A stretch of 64,000 bases of DNA from the human T2T-CHM13v2.0 reference genome, Homo sapiens. The stretch's first letter is position 1, and every line of letters begins with the position of its first letter. The stretch is taken from the NCBI RefSeq assembly GCF_009914755.1, contig NC_060938.1; one strand, 5' to 3'. The translations under genes and the position numbers were made by a program. This document shows, piece after piece, positions 16,731-32,214 of this stretch. The notes under the pieces are model-generated. The model was not told where the DNA came from. It saw only the letters and a program-made list of their open reading frames with translations, and made no database searches.

Positions 16731-18917
16731 TCAAAAAGTTGTAATCTACCTGTTATAAATATTTCTGTTTCTAAAGCTTATGCATATTCATCTCTGAAAC
16801 ATGGACAAATGTGTACCAAACAAAAACTGTACTTAACAAAGAACAGCTCAAAACTAAGGCTAAATTTAAGAAAGGAAAAGGAGTTTTGGGGGTGGGGAGG
16901 AAAGAAAAGGAAAATATATAGAACACTTCTTCAGGCCATATTCCAAATTGCACTTTTGGAAAAACAGCATTTAGACAAGCAAATCAGGCAATCTCAACTT
17001 TAAACAATTCAAAACAAATGCATGTTTTATGTATACTTTTAATCTTTATACAATTATATGGAGAACTATACAAATATTAAACAATAAATATTAAACACCA
17101 AGTATACATTCAGTACTGATGTTATCTGAAAGAGAAGTGAAAAGCAGACACAAATAGACAAAGGCAGTAGATAGGAAACCACCTGAATAGATCTCAAAAG
17201 AAATTTTCAACCATACAGATAGACATCTGGTAAAAAGCTAAGTTCATATCACTTTATAAGACATTTACTTAAAAAGGATTTCATGAGAAAGATAAAACTG
17301 CTAATCTTTAAAAAAATGTGGTTATTATTAATCTTGTGTAGCTTGTTTCTGCTGCTTAAAAAATTATCCCAGTTCTCCATATTTTCTAAATTAAAAAAAT
17401 TATAGTTTTATATTTTCTTTTTTATGAACTGCACCCTATAAAAATGGATAGGTCAATTCAGCAGTTAATTCAATCTCAGAACATAAGTACTTTTAATGAA
17501 GCAATAAAAATACTAAAGTGCATTTGCTTCAAATTATAAATGTTATAAATGTTTTAAAAATAGAGAAACATTAAGACAAGCTGCCTTAAATCATTCAATG
17601 CAGAAATAAATGTTGGTCTCTAAAGAAAATATTCTGATAAGTTTAGATTATATTTTATACCATCTGCTATTTGTAATACACAATGATAAATTAAATCTGG
17701 CAGTTCTTCAAAGCAGTTAAAATATATTAAACCAGAGACTTAGAGTATCATTAAGTAGAAATTGTTCAAAGATTTATGCAACTGTAAAATATCAAAACTA
17801 CATGGAAACATACATAAAAGTTTATCATATAATAAAATAGGTTATTTATGTTTGTAAAATTTATGACAATAATGTCAGTATTGAACTAAAATTAATATAT
17901 TATTCATTCATTAAAAGTCAAAGTACCCCAAGGCATAGGTAAACTTAACCTCAATAAAGAATGTTAGGTGGCTTAAATTTAAAATGTAAATATATACCAG
18001 ATCACTCTATACATTTTGCCAGTGATAAATATTATATAAATATTTTTATATGTTTACAAAATGCACCTCTAGGCAATTCACATGTTATATTTGCCAAATC
18101 ATGATGAGGTAGACAATAGATTTTCAAGAAATATCACTAACTTTGCCTCCAAATTTAATATGCCACAAGTTTTAAAGTTTTATTTATCTAAATTTAAATA
18201 GCAAGTAATCTTAAATTCAATGACTGAGCTTCTCATATTTTTATAAAAAATTAAAGGAGATGGCAAGAAGGTGAAACCAGAATTTATGTTTTAAAACGTA
18301 TAGGTACGTAAGGTAATGGAATTGTCACACACTTAGACTGTTCTAAACTTACATCAGTAACAGTATTTAAAACTAAAATTACTGCAAATTTTCAGGACCT
18401 CTCGAAGTTACTAAAGATGAAACTATGTTTATTAAGTATATTATATTTTCTCCTATCATTTGGAAATGGTCATTCCTGATGCTTGGGTAACACATAAACA
18501 ATTCTTCCTCCACCTGTTCCAGGAGGCCATGAGGTATTAAGTACCTATCATGGCAGGCATGTTACTGGGGACATCGCATATTTTCTAATGCTTACCTTCT
18601 AGGTAGGTACGTTTTTTCCTGAATTCAGCCTCAGAGAAGATAACTGACTTGCCCTAATACAACTCAGAGCTGGGAGAGGCAGCACAGGTATGCTGTTCTC
18701 AGTATCCAGGTTCCACTCTTGCTCTTTTCCCCACATGTAGCTCCCTCCAGAAAATCAATCCCAGTAACTTTTCACTACCGTTTTTCACTCTTAGTTTCCA
18801 GTATAGAGATGCCATAAGTGTCTCTTTAAATTTTTAATTGGGTCTTACAAGAATCAAAGTTTTAAAGGATATTCTTTATCCCCTAGTTTGCCTTTGATGC
18901 AGTATAATAAAAACTGT

Positions 18918-19224
<307 letters not shown>

Positions 19225-19329
19225 TAATAAAAACTGTATTTTAAAAGAAAATTTTAACATGGGTCATTAGGTATGCCAAGTGTATTTTGCCCTTTAGTCT
19301 CTGTAGTGAGTAACTCCTTACTGCATACT

Positions 19330-19920
19330 CAGCATCCATTACATCCTTTCTTCCTACCAAGGCTCCAGTTTTATTCAGGAATCTACTCCTTCCTAGAGCG
19401 TAAGTGATTCAGGGGAAACAAACTGCATGCTCAACTAATAAGTCTGAGCCCACTGTGATAATACTGCCTCCACTCCCAACCCAGACCTCAGTGATTAGTT
19501 TAATAACCCAGACTTAAACCAATCAGCACATGGTATTCCCCTAGTATCTTCTCAGTTCGCAGTTTGCTTTGTGTCCTCACGCAAAGTCAGGCTAAAATGA
19601 CTCAGTCAGGCTAAACGGAAGGATTTTTAGGTCATGGCTCTGAAAAGGATTTTTTTGCTTCTTTCCCACTGGATAACAGCAAGGAAGCACATAACTCCAA
19701 TTGCTACTGCAGCCATTTTCATGACCACAAATGCAACCAGCCTTATCGGTGAAGCCAACACTGTGGATAGCAGAGCAGAAGAGACGGAAAGTCCCTGGGT
19801 TCTGGATGACATCATGAAACTCCTGAAGTAGCACACTCCGGAGGCTACCCTCCCTCTTCATTCTTGTGTGCTAAGGAATTTCCTTATCCTCTGCTGTAAA
19901 ATGCAGACACCCACTGAAGT
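19330..19920 (+). mobile_element. Old MaLR LTR (MLT1J/K/L-like)
   Basis: cagccattttcatgacca...gaagccaacact...ccctgggttctggatgacatcatg resembles the MLT1 consensus. Confidence 0.6.
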
Positions 19921-20006
19921 TATTTGATGGGCAACTGCCTGTCACTACAAATACTACCAGAGAGTGAGTTTTCTCTGCTTAATTGCCTTAAGGATCAAAA
20001 ATATCA

Positions 20007-20746
<740 letters not shown>

Positions 20747-21139
20747 CTAATGTATTTATTCTCCCACATTGCAAAGTGACAATTTAAAATCTTTATCCTT
20801 GTTCCAACCTAATACTCATTCCCCACCTCCTCAATCTCAGTTGATGATACAGGGAAAATGGAAGTCATCAGACAGTACTTCCTTATTTTTCCATCCCCAA
20901 ATCTACCAGTCTTCTTATATTTGTACAAGAAAGAATGTCCAATAAATTTCACTCCTTATATCTGTGGATAATTTCTTCCTGTCAAACTGATTTCTCTCAA
21001 AGTATTCCCCATCCCATTTGGCTCACTGTTCAAGCAAAAAGTTCAACTGGCCTTGATTCCTCACTATGTCATACGCCCATACCCAATTAATCAGAAAGGA
21101 TAACTGGCTTTACTCCAGAATACACCCCATATTTGTCTC

Positions 21140-21460
21140 GTTCTCTCCACATTCACTCCTGCCACCCTGCTTAACTGTTTTTTGCTTGGACTACTATAAC
21201 GGCCACCTAATTTTCCAATTTTCTCTCTTCCCCCTCTACATTCTCAATAATATAGTGAGAGTGGTTTTCTCAAAGTATAAATTCGGTCATATCACTCCCT
21301 TGTCTAAAATTCTCCAGTGACAGCCTCTGCACTTAGCATGAATCCAAACTCTTCTCCCTGAGCTACAGCATCCTGCATGAGATGACCACTATCCCTCTCT
21401 ACATTCATCTCAGAGGCCTTCCTCCAGTCACACTGACCTTCCAGTTTCTTGATCCAGCCT
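21140..21460 (+). mobile_element. L2 fragment
   Basis: tggactactataac...ggtcatatcactcccttgtctaaaattctcca...aatccaaactc is L2-like. Confidence 0.7.
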
Positions 21461-21539
21461 CAGGGTTTATGCAGGAAAGATTTAATATAAGCAGGGTACT
21501 TGCAGGGTACCAAAAAGCAGTGCAAAGGCCCAAGGTTAC

Positions 21540-22005
21540 TGTCATCAGAAGGGCCTGCTTGCTGGGCTAGCTCTTGGCCAGTGTGTAAGAACTTCTGAAG
21601 TGTTCTCCATGTTGACAAAGCTCTTTTGTCCACCTGGGGCGCTGAACACTTGCTTTCTTCAGGGCGTTTGGTATTTTGGTAGTTAAGGCTGGTCTTTATC
21701 CCTATGTGACCAACCCCCAATAAAAACTCTGGACTCTGAGACTTCAGTAGGCTTGCCTAGGCAGAAACACCTCATGTGTGTTGCTGGATTTGACTGCTGG
21801 AGGAAGAAGCAGGTTCTGTGTAATCCCTGGCATGAGGGTGTTGGAGAGACATAGAAACCCTGTAACTAGATGCTCCGGATTCCACCTCATATGTCTTTTC
21901 CCTTTTCTGTTCAATGTAATAAACTAAAGCCTTAAGTACCTCTGAGTCCTGTGATTTCTCCTAGTGAACTGCTGAATGTGTGGGAAGTCTTGGGACCCCT
22001 GAAAC
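21540..22005 (+). mobile_element. ERVL-type LTR (MER21/MER68/MER77-like)
   Basis: gtgaccaacccccaataaaaactctggac...tgagtcctgtga...tcttgggacccctgaa. Confidence 0.65.
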
Positions 22006-22164
22006 TGGTCTGAGCCTGCAGCCCCCAGATCATGCCTCAGCTATCTACTCCTGGCATAGCTGAATGTTACCACCTCTGAAAAAACAAATACTTTGTTTTA
22101 TTGCCATCATCTCATTTATTGTTTTTAACACATTTCTTGCCATCTCATCTCAAATCATCAAGGT

Positions 22165-22310
22165 ATTTTAGTTTTTATTTATTTATTTATTTATTTTGTA
22201 GAGACAGGGTCTTGCTGTTGCCCAGGCTGGACTTGAACTCCTGGCCTCGGAACTCCTGTCTCAGCCTCCCAGAGTGCTCGGATTACAGGTGTGAGCCACT
22301 ATACCCCACC
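22165..22310 (-). mobile_element. Alu monomer (FLAM-like)
   Basis: (ttta)n followed by an antisense left arm. Confidence 0.8.
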
Positions 22311-22539
22311 TGTCATCTCATTTGATTACAATACAATCCATGCTTCACTGTGCCTTAAAAGTGTGATATTCAAAAACTATTTTTGTTTTTTGTACCCTTG
22401 TCTTGACATGATGGAGATTTACTGGTTAAAAAACAAAATAAAATAACAAGAGATAACAGATAGTGCTCAAAGTCTGTGAATTATAATTGTGTTACTGGAA
22501 CTTGCAGAGTACCAAAAAGCAGTGCAAACAGAGTGTCAT

Positions 22540-22830
<291 letters not shown>

Positions 22831-22914
22831 TGAGTTCAGAATCATGACATTAAAATAATGTATTCTTCATTAAAAAAAATCCGCAAGTTTTTTATAGAGT
22901 AACAAGATACTTGA

Positions 22915-23285
22915 TGATATGGTTTGGATATATGTCCCTGCCCAAATCGCACATTGAATTGTAACCCCCAGTGTTGGAGAAGGGGCCTGGTGGGAGGTGA
23001 CTGGATCATGGGGGCAGATTTCCCCCTTGCTGTTCTTGTGATTGTGAGTTCTCATGAGATCTGCTCGTTTAAACGTGTAGTACCTCCCCTTTCTCTCTCT
23101 TCCTCCTGCTTCCACCATACAGGACATACCTGCTCAAGCCCTTTGCCTTCCACCATGATTGTAAATTTCCTGAGGCCTCCCCAGCCCCATTTCCTGTACA
23201 GCCTGTGGAGCTGTGAGCCAATTAAACACATTTTCTTTGTAAATTACCCAGTTCTTTAATAGTAATGCAAGAACGGACTAATATA
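22915..23285 (+). mobile_element. MaLR solo LTR (MST-like)
   Basis: tgatatggtttggat...ggatcatgggggcagatttcccc...gaacggactaata. Confidence 0.9.
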
Positions 23286-23360
23286 CTTGAACTTAAGTTT
23301 AATATGCACTATCATTACCAAACAATATAAATAAAGCAGAAAATGTTTAGTTTTCCTTAC

Positions 23361-23381
23361 CTGACATGTCTGCTGAATCAC
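23361..23381 (-). CDS. EML5: EML5 21-nt microexon (G)DSADMS(A)
   Basis: ttttccattatag|GTGATTCAGCAGACATGTCAG|gtaagg, phase 1-1, no stop. Confidence 0.85.
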
Positions 23382-24615
23382 CTATAATGGAAAATAATTA
23401 TCTATAAATAACATAAATCTGTAAAATCTGTAAAAACCCAAATATCATATTAATTATAATTTAAACTATTATATACAAAATTGGTTTTATTACATTTGAT
23501 TGAGTAAACTGTAAGAGAAGGCACTCATTTCAATCATACATACTTATTAACATGCTATGTATGATCTTTCAATCTTCCTTTGGATAAAAATTTTGTTTTC
23601 TTTGCATTTAATGAGTTACATAAACTTTTAATTATAATAACTTTTAAAATGATACTGATATGATTTAAAATTATATTACCCTCATTTTGGTTTATAAAAA
23701 TGTACTGCTAATAATAGACTCTCTGGAGTTTTAATGACAGCAAAGGTTACTATATAACTCAAGAAAGGAAACAAGTTCTTTCTTTCAACTAAAGATTTTC
23801 CGTATGCATCTTTTAATGCATCTCTGTCTCCAGGGAAGAATTAGATCTAAACCTTCTGAGCTGAGAGACATGATGGCAAAGCTTACTGTATAACTCAAGA
23901 AAGGAAAAAAGTTCTTTCTTTCAACTAAAGATTTTCCATATGAGTACAAGTTTGCCAAGAAAGAAAATGTGAAAGCTCATGCTCATTATATTTGTGGTAG
24001 AAATACCTAATAACCAAACTTTTCAAAGTAGCAGTCTTTAGAACAAGAAAGAAAATAAAAATATAGGAATCCATTGAAGACAGGTGATTGTTTTTTGCTT
24101 TGGTAAAGCTTTATATCCATATGAAATAATGATTTAAAAAACATATTGATAACATAGGACCATAGTGCCTTGACCTGGAACATGAGGAAAAACAGAATAA
24201 AGTACTTAACTCTGCTGAGCAGACCACATAGGAAATATCATTTTTAGTTATGAATATGCTCTATTAACAACCAAATGGTGAGAGGGCTTGGAACTTTGCC
24301 ACCTGAAGCCTGGGTGAAAGACTGGGAGTGTTTGGTCTGGAGAGACTAGGTTTGTCTCTGAATATTAACAGGGTCTGGGACAGAAGTACAAATGAAAGCT
24401 TGAATGTCATCGGCCTAAATATTTTAAAGCTATCCATCAAGATAAAACTTATCAAATAAAATATATTCTAGCCTCTTACCTTGATGAGTACACTCCTATA
24501 ATGATCTGGAAGGCAGATACCAATTTAGAACTCCTTAGAGTTTGGGCAGCATGAGACAACCTGTCTCATTCTCTTCCATCCCACACCACAAAGAACCATG
24601 GAAGCTCATGTGTGG

Positions 24616-24956
24616 TGCTATGAACTGGATGTCTGTCTTCCCCCAAAATTCATATACTGAAACCCTAATCACCAGTGTGATGGTATTAGGAGGTGTGAAG
24701 GTTATGAGGATGGAGCCCTCACAATGAGATTAGTGTTCTTATAAGAGACAGGAGAAAGATAATCTTTTTTCACCATGTGAGGATATAATGAGAAGACAGC
24801 CATCTGCAAATACAGAGAAGGCCCTCACCACAACTTGACCATGCTGGCACCCTGATTTTGGACTTCCAACCTCCAGAGCTGTGAAAAATAACATTTCTGT
24901 TGTTTAAGCTACAAACTCTGTGGTATCTGTCATGGCAGCTCAAATTTCTTAAGACA
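24616..24956 (+). mobile_element. MaLR solo LTR (MLT1A-like)
   Basis: cccccaaaattcatat..tgaaaccctaatc...gacttcca.cctccaga.ctgtga...taagaca. Confidence 0.85.
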
Positions 24957-25272
24957 TGTGGTTATCCTAGCTACTGCATTAGAACTCCATCCACCCCTAC
25001 ACAAAGAACAGCTTGGCCACCCCTCAAGAGTATACACATTGGTTGTACAGTCTGTCACTGGGAGGACAGACGCAGAGAAAAGGCTCATGCAGGGCCATTA
25101 GTAGGCTCAGGACCATCTGGTAGAGAATTCTGGGATTTCATATACCCAAAACATGGTCCAGTGGAGAAGTAGGCTCCCCCATGGAAAGCAATCCCCTTGC
25201 TCTCATGTACACCTTGTTCCATGGAATGTAGTTGGAGGGTGCCAAAGGAGACCTTTTAAAAGAGAAGCAAAA

Positions 25273-25591
<319 letters not shown>

Positions 25592-26464
25592 TCAGGGAGA
25601 ATATGCTAGCTGTCTCCAAAACTGGAAGATAATGCCATGGGAATGTGATTAGATGTTCTAGATACACCAAGAATGAGGGCCAAAGAGTAGCAATCACAGA
25701 CAGATTTCTGTTGTATATGAAGAACCACTTTATAACTAAGCTTCCCAGGGAAACGTTTACTTCATTAGGTATTAAGTGGCAGCAGGGTTCAAACACACTG
25801 TAACAGAGAGGACAAAATGATATACTTGGCCCTAAAATTCCAAGATTCTATCCAGGAAAAAAGTTTGAATGTAACTGGCTAAAATAGTACAAAATCAAAC
25901 ATTTCAATTACTCTATGATCTATATGATTTTTAACAGAAGGAACAATAAACATTGTAAATGCTGTTTTGTGTTTTGTGGGTATTAAACAAGCCTGACAGC
26001 AAAGTAACAAAACAATTCTCTTTATGTGTGAGGAGAAAAATAAAATCCTTTCTTATTCTTTAGTCTTCCCTTGAGTCTATCTTAATTAGTCACCAGTAAT
26101 TTTTGTTATCTGTCTTCTGGAAGGGTACAAATGGTGTAAAGAATGGAGCTACATATATAATCTAAAATTTACCTCTGTACTCCCCAGATTTTGACTTGGA
26201 AAGAAAGAGGAGGGATATAATTAAACATTTCATATTTTCTATAGTGTTGTCTTTCAAAATAAAGGGGAGAAAAGGGCCAAATTCCTAAAAGATTAATTTG
26301 TGACCATGACATTTCTTAACTAAGAAAGAAAACCACAGCACTAAAATGATAAATAAGTTGCCTAACAGAGGGAGAGCAAAGGAAAGAAAAGGAGAAGCCA
26401 AGGTGGGAAATGAAAGAACCATATTCTAGAATTCTATTTGCAGAACGTAAATCCCATTAATACA

Positions 26465-26635
26465 GGGATTTTGCCTTTTTGTAAGTAGCCCATATCCCCA
26501 GCACCTAAAACAATACCTCGCACATGGCAGGTGTTCAGTAAATTTGTTGAGTAAGTGAATTTACTCAATAAAAATTAACTAAACAGTAACTATGTACCAA
26601 GAGGCATTGAGCTAGGTACTTAGGTAACATAGTTT
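26465..26635. mobile_element. Two L2 3' ends, tail to tail
   Basis: ccagcaccta...cacatggcaggtgttcagtaaatttgttgagt, followed by its diverged reverse complement. Confidence 0.65.
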
Positions 26636-27647
26636 CTTCATTCCTCAAGGAGATGGGCCTTGTTCCTTGTGCACAGTGAAAATAAGACTTCACTTTCCAA
26701 AATCTTAGCACAAACAGAAGCTAGACCTATGTATTTATATGCAAAGATTAGAATATTTTCTGTATAATGGGTAATGTTCCATTTACTTTTAAAAGTAGAA
26801 AACTGTACAAAAAGGAAAAACACAAGGGTCTATGTGGCATAGCTTCAGAACCAGGCAACCCAGACAACAAATTCCTGACTATCAACTTAGTACTCGCATG
26901 AAAAATAAAGATATTAAAAGTATAAATTATCTTAGTCAAGAAGAAAAGGGACCTGGAAAGCTAGCTTAGCCATCAAGGCCCAATAAATTCCAACAAACTC
27001 AATGATTTCAATAAATTTTACAAACGTATTGAAGTTTATGAAACTTCTGCCATATTCATATTTAGTAATCACAGGTTGGCAGATATGTCCTAAACAGACC
27101 TGCCATCCTCTCATCAGTTTGGCTGTAGAGTTATGGCCTTTGTTTAACAGTTTTTCACAGAGGTAAAAGAATACAGGTATATTTCAAAACAGCTCAAGAC
27201 AGTTGGTGAATTAGGTCAATGACAAAGAAAAGAAAAAGGCAGAAGGGATTTACCAACAACAAACAGACTTGGGTCCTCTCTTCTTTCCAGCCTGAACCCC
27301 CATGGAAGCAGGGTTCTACCCCGCCCAGTCTAGTTATTTCTTAGCTTCCCTTTGTTTACTACTTCCTCTTCAAACTCCTCTTTTCTGCTTTATATGCTAT
27401 TGACTTAAACCTTTTTGCTGACCAGAAATTCCTGCTAAAGGACTAAATCCAACTATTTCAACTACCATACAATAGTTTCCTTTAAATTTTGGATTGTCAA
27501 GACCAACTCAGATAACCAGAGTGAGTGAGAGAAAGGTACCTGAAAGCAAATAATATGGTATAATTGGGTAGGGCTTTATGTATACATAGATTTTGAACAA
27601 TCGATAAATCAATAAAATTTTGATTTTTTCCTTGGATATTGAATTTA

Positions 27648-28330
<683 letters not shown>

Positions 28331-28474
28331 CGATCCTTCTGTTTTGGTTTCTTAAAGAAAAGGATTTGCCAGAGTCACACAGAAACCAGTAGTAATTTTC
28401 CATTTAATAATTTGGGCCATATTGAGTCACATTTTATATTTGTTCTTATGTCAGTGGAGGAAGAACTGCAATCT

Positions 28475-28806
<332 letters not shown>

Positions 28807-28999
28807 TGATTCATCTGGTAGTAGTAACAGTGAAGAGACCTTGTAAGGCTATGACAGTAGTCCATGCAGAAGGGAAAAAAGATAGACTTGTGGAAGTAAA
28901 ATGAAGAGGTGGAAAATGAGTTCAGAGCAGTAGGTTGGATCCAGAGGATAGAGAAACCATGAATACTACTAGGCCCCCCAAAAAGCAAAACAAAAATCA

Positions 29000-30598
29000 A
29001 ACAAGTGGGGCACTTCAACAACCCACTGATAGTGTTAGATCATCAAGGTAGAAAACTAACAAAGAAATTCTGGACTTGAATTCAATACTTGACCAATTGG
29101 ACATAACAGAAAGAACACTCTGCCCATCAACCATAGAATATACATTCTTCTCATCTGCACATGAAACATACTCTAAGATTGACCACATGTTCAGCCATAA
29201 AGCAAGTCTCAATAAATTCAAGAAAATTGAAATCATCTCTGCCATACTCTCTACCCACAGTGCAAAATAGAAATCAATACCAAGAAGATCTCCCAAAACC
29301 ACACAATTACGTAAAAATTAAATAACTTGCTCCTGAATGACTTTTGGGTAAACAATGAAATTAAGGCAAAAATTTAAAAAAAATCTTCAAAGTAGATTAA
29401 AACAGAGACACAACATACCAAAATCTTTGGCATGTAGCAAAAGCATGTTAAATGTTAAGAGGAAAGCTTACAGTGCTAAATGCCTATCTCAAAATGTTAG
29501 AAAGATCCCAAATTAACAATCTAACATCACACCTGGAGGAAATATAAATACAAGAACAAAGTAACCCCAAAGCTAGCAGAAGAAAATAAATAACAAAATC
29601 AGAGCAGAAATGAACAATACTGAAACCCAAACATCTATACAAAGAATCAACAAAATAAAAAAATCGGTTTTTTGAAAAGATAAACAAGATCAATAGACCA
29701 CTAGTAGTTAGCTTAACAAAAAAAAGAAGATCCCAATAAACACAATAAAAAATGACAAAGATCACATTACAACCAATCCCACAAGAACACAAAAGGCCCT
29801 CAGAGACTATTATGAACACCTCTAAATACACAAACTAGAAGATCTAGAGGCTATGATGTTAGTTGTGGGCCTCTAAAAAAAGAAGAAGAAGAAGAAGAAA
29901 AATCTAGAGGAGATGGATAAATTCCTAGAAACACACAACCTCTCAAGATTGAATCAGGAAGAAACTGAAATCTTAAACAGACCAATAATGAGTTCCAAAA
30001 TTGAATCAGTAATAAAAAACCTATCAAAAAGCCCTGGACCAGATGGATTCAGAGCTGAATTCTCCCAGACATACAAAGAAAAGCTGGTGCCAATCCTACT
30101 GAAACTATTCTAAAAAATAGAGGAGTGGGCACTCCTCTCTAACTCATTCTGTGAAGCCAGCATCACCCTCATACAAAAACCTGCCAAAGACATTTGAAAA
30201 AAGAAAACTACAGGCCAATATTCCCATAGAAAACTACAAAACATCCCACACAAAACATCATTCCCATACAAAACATCATCCCTATGATGAACATAGATGC
30301 GAAAAGCCTCAACAAAATACTAGCAAACAAAATCCAGCAGGACATCAAAAAATTAATTCACCATGATCAAGCAGGTTTCATCATTCCTGGCATGCAAGGT
30401 TGGTTCAACATATGCAAATTAACGAATGTGATTTACCATATAAACAGAATTAAAAACAAAAACCATATGATTATCTCAACAGATATGGAAAATGCTTTCG
30501 ATAAAATCCAACATCCCTTTCATGTTAAAAACCTTCAACAAACTAGGAATTGAAGGAACACACCTCAAAATAATGAAGCATTTATGGCAAACCCACTT
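29000..30598 (+). mobile_element. L1 ORF2 fragment (endonuclease end to RT start), degenerate
   Basis: ORF pieces [40 protein letters not shown], with many frameshifts. Confidence 0.93.
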
Positions 30599-31773
30599 CC
30601 TACACTATGCACAATGTATCCTCAAACTGGTGAGAAACCAAATATAATAAAAACTAAAGCAGGTGGCCTAGTCTCCATCTGCCCTCTCTCTAGACACCCC
30701 ACCACTAGAAAAGTGATTAATTACAAATCAGAAAAGTAAAAATAAAATTATAAGTATAAACATGAGAGTTTACACATACATTCCTTTCTTGTTTATCTTA
30801 CTCTTCCTCATTCTCTCTGAAGGACAGACAGACCTCGATTAAGAAGGATTTTTCTCTCTAATCAGTATGTTTTAAATGGCCCAAATTATTAAATAGAAAA
30901 TTGCCACTGATTTCTGTGTGATCCTGGTGAATCCTTTTCTTTATGAAACCAAAATAGAAAGATCATATTGATGGTTAATACCGACAAGAGGTGGTGGATT
31001 ATAATTCACATCATCAATCTACTCTTTACCCATTCAGGATGAAGCTATCAGAGGAAAACCAGAATGAACTAGATAACCTTTATTTTTACTTCTAACTTTC
31101 AGACTTTTATGAAGTTTGCCATTAAATTGTAATAAAACAATTCAAAATTAAATACTTAATGTTACTAGTAGCATTATCACATTGTTCATGAAATGATGCT
31201 AACAGAACATTATTTGCTCTTGAATAATCCAACTGAATAACCCAATCAGTTAAATGAACATCAAGAAATAATTTTCTCACCTTCTTGGATCAAACAAGGT
31301 ATCATCATAGAGCCACAGATAAACAGCTTTCTTAGCCTTTCTTCCTTGGCTTTCCAAGGCCTCAGTAAGAACACTTCCAGCCCCAGCAATCACTCACCCA
31401 ACATGCTACATTCAATCACTATCAGAAACCACCATCCAAACCATCTATTCTCATCATGAGGTTATGGGAAAATAGAATTAAAGTTACAAACGGTTTCAAC
31501 ATAAAACATGGTTTTAACATACAGTAAAACCTCTACTTCTAATAGAGACTTATGAGCACTTTGCATTATGAATTCCTTTTCTGCTGTATTATACTCTCTT
31601 AAAACTGAAATTTGTTTACTTGAAATATTACTAGAAAGTTCTGAAATATGAAATATTTTTATTCTGGAGTGTTTCTCCTACATTTCAATTACTATTTATA
31701 GCTTTAACAAAGATTTTAAGCTGCTAGATCAAAATTTCTAAGTTAAAAAAATTGATAGAGGGATGGAGAATCA

Positions 31774-31914
<141 letters not shown>

Positions 31915-32214
31915 CTATAATGATAATAATAAAACCATTATATTCTTCCTCATGTATAAATGTTCACCACTGTTTTGTTGTATACGTAATACTAGTAGTG
32001 TCTGCAGTCAAAATGGAGTATGCATTTTTGATGTTTTACAAACTTAATATACAAAATTAAGCTACTCATACTTCTTTATATAACCTGTTTTGGGCAGCTT
32101 AAACATACATTCTATACTTTTCTATATAAAGTTATGAAAAGGAAAATGGAATCACAAGGTAGTCTGATTCCAAGAACTTTAGTTCTTAAGATTTCACATG
32201 TAAACACTGAGGTA

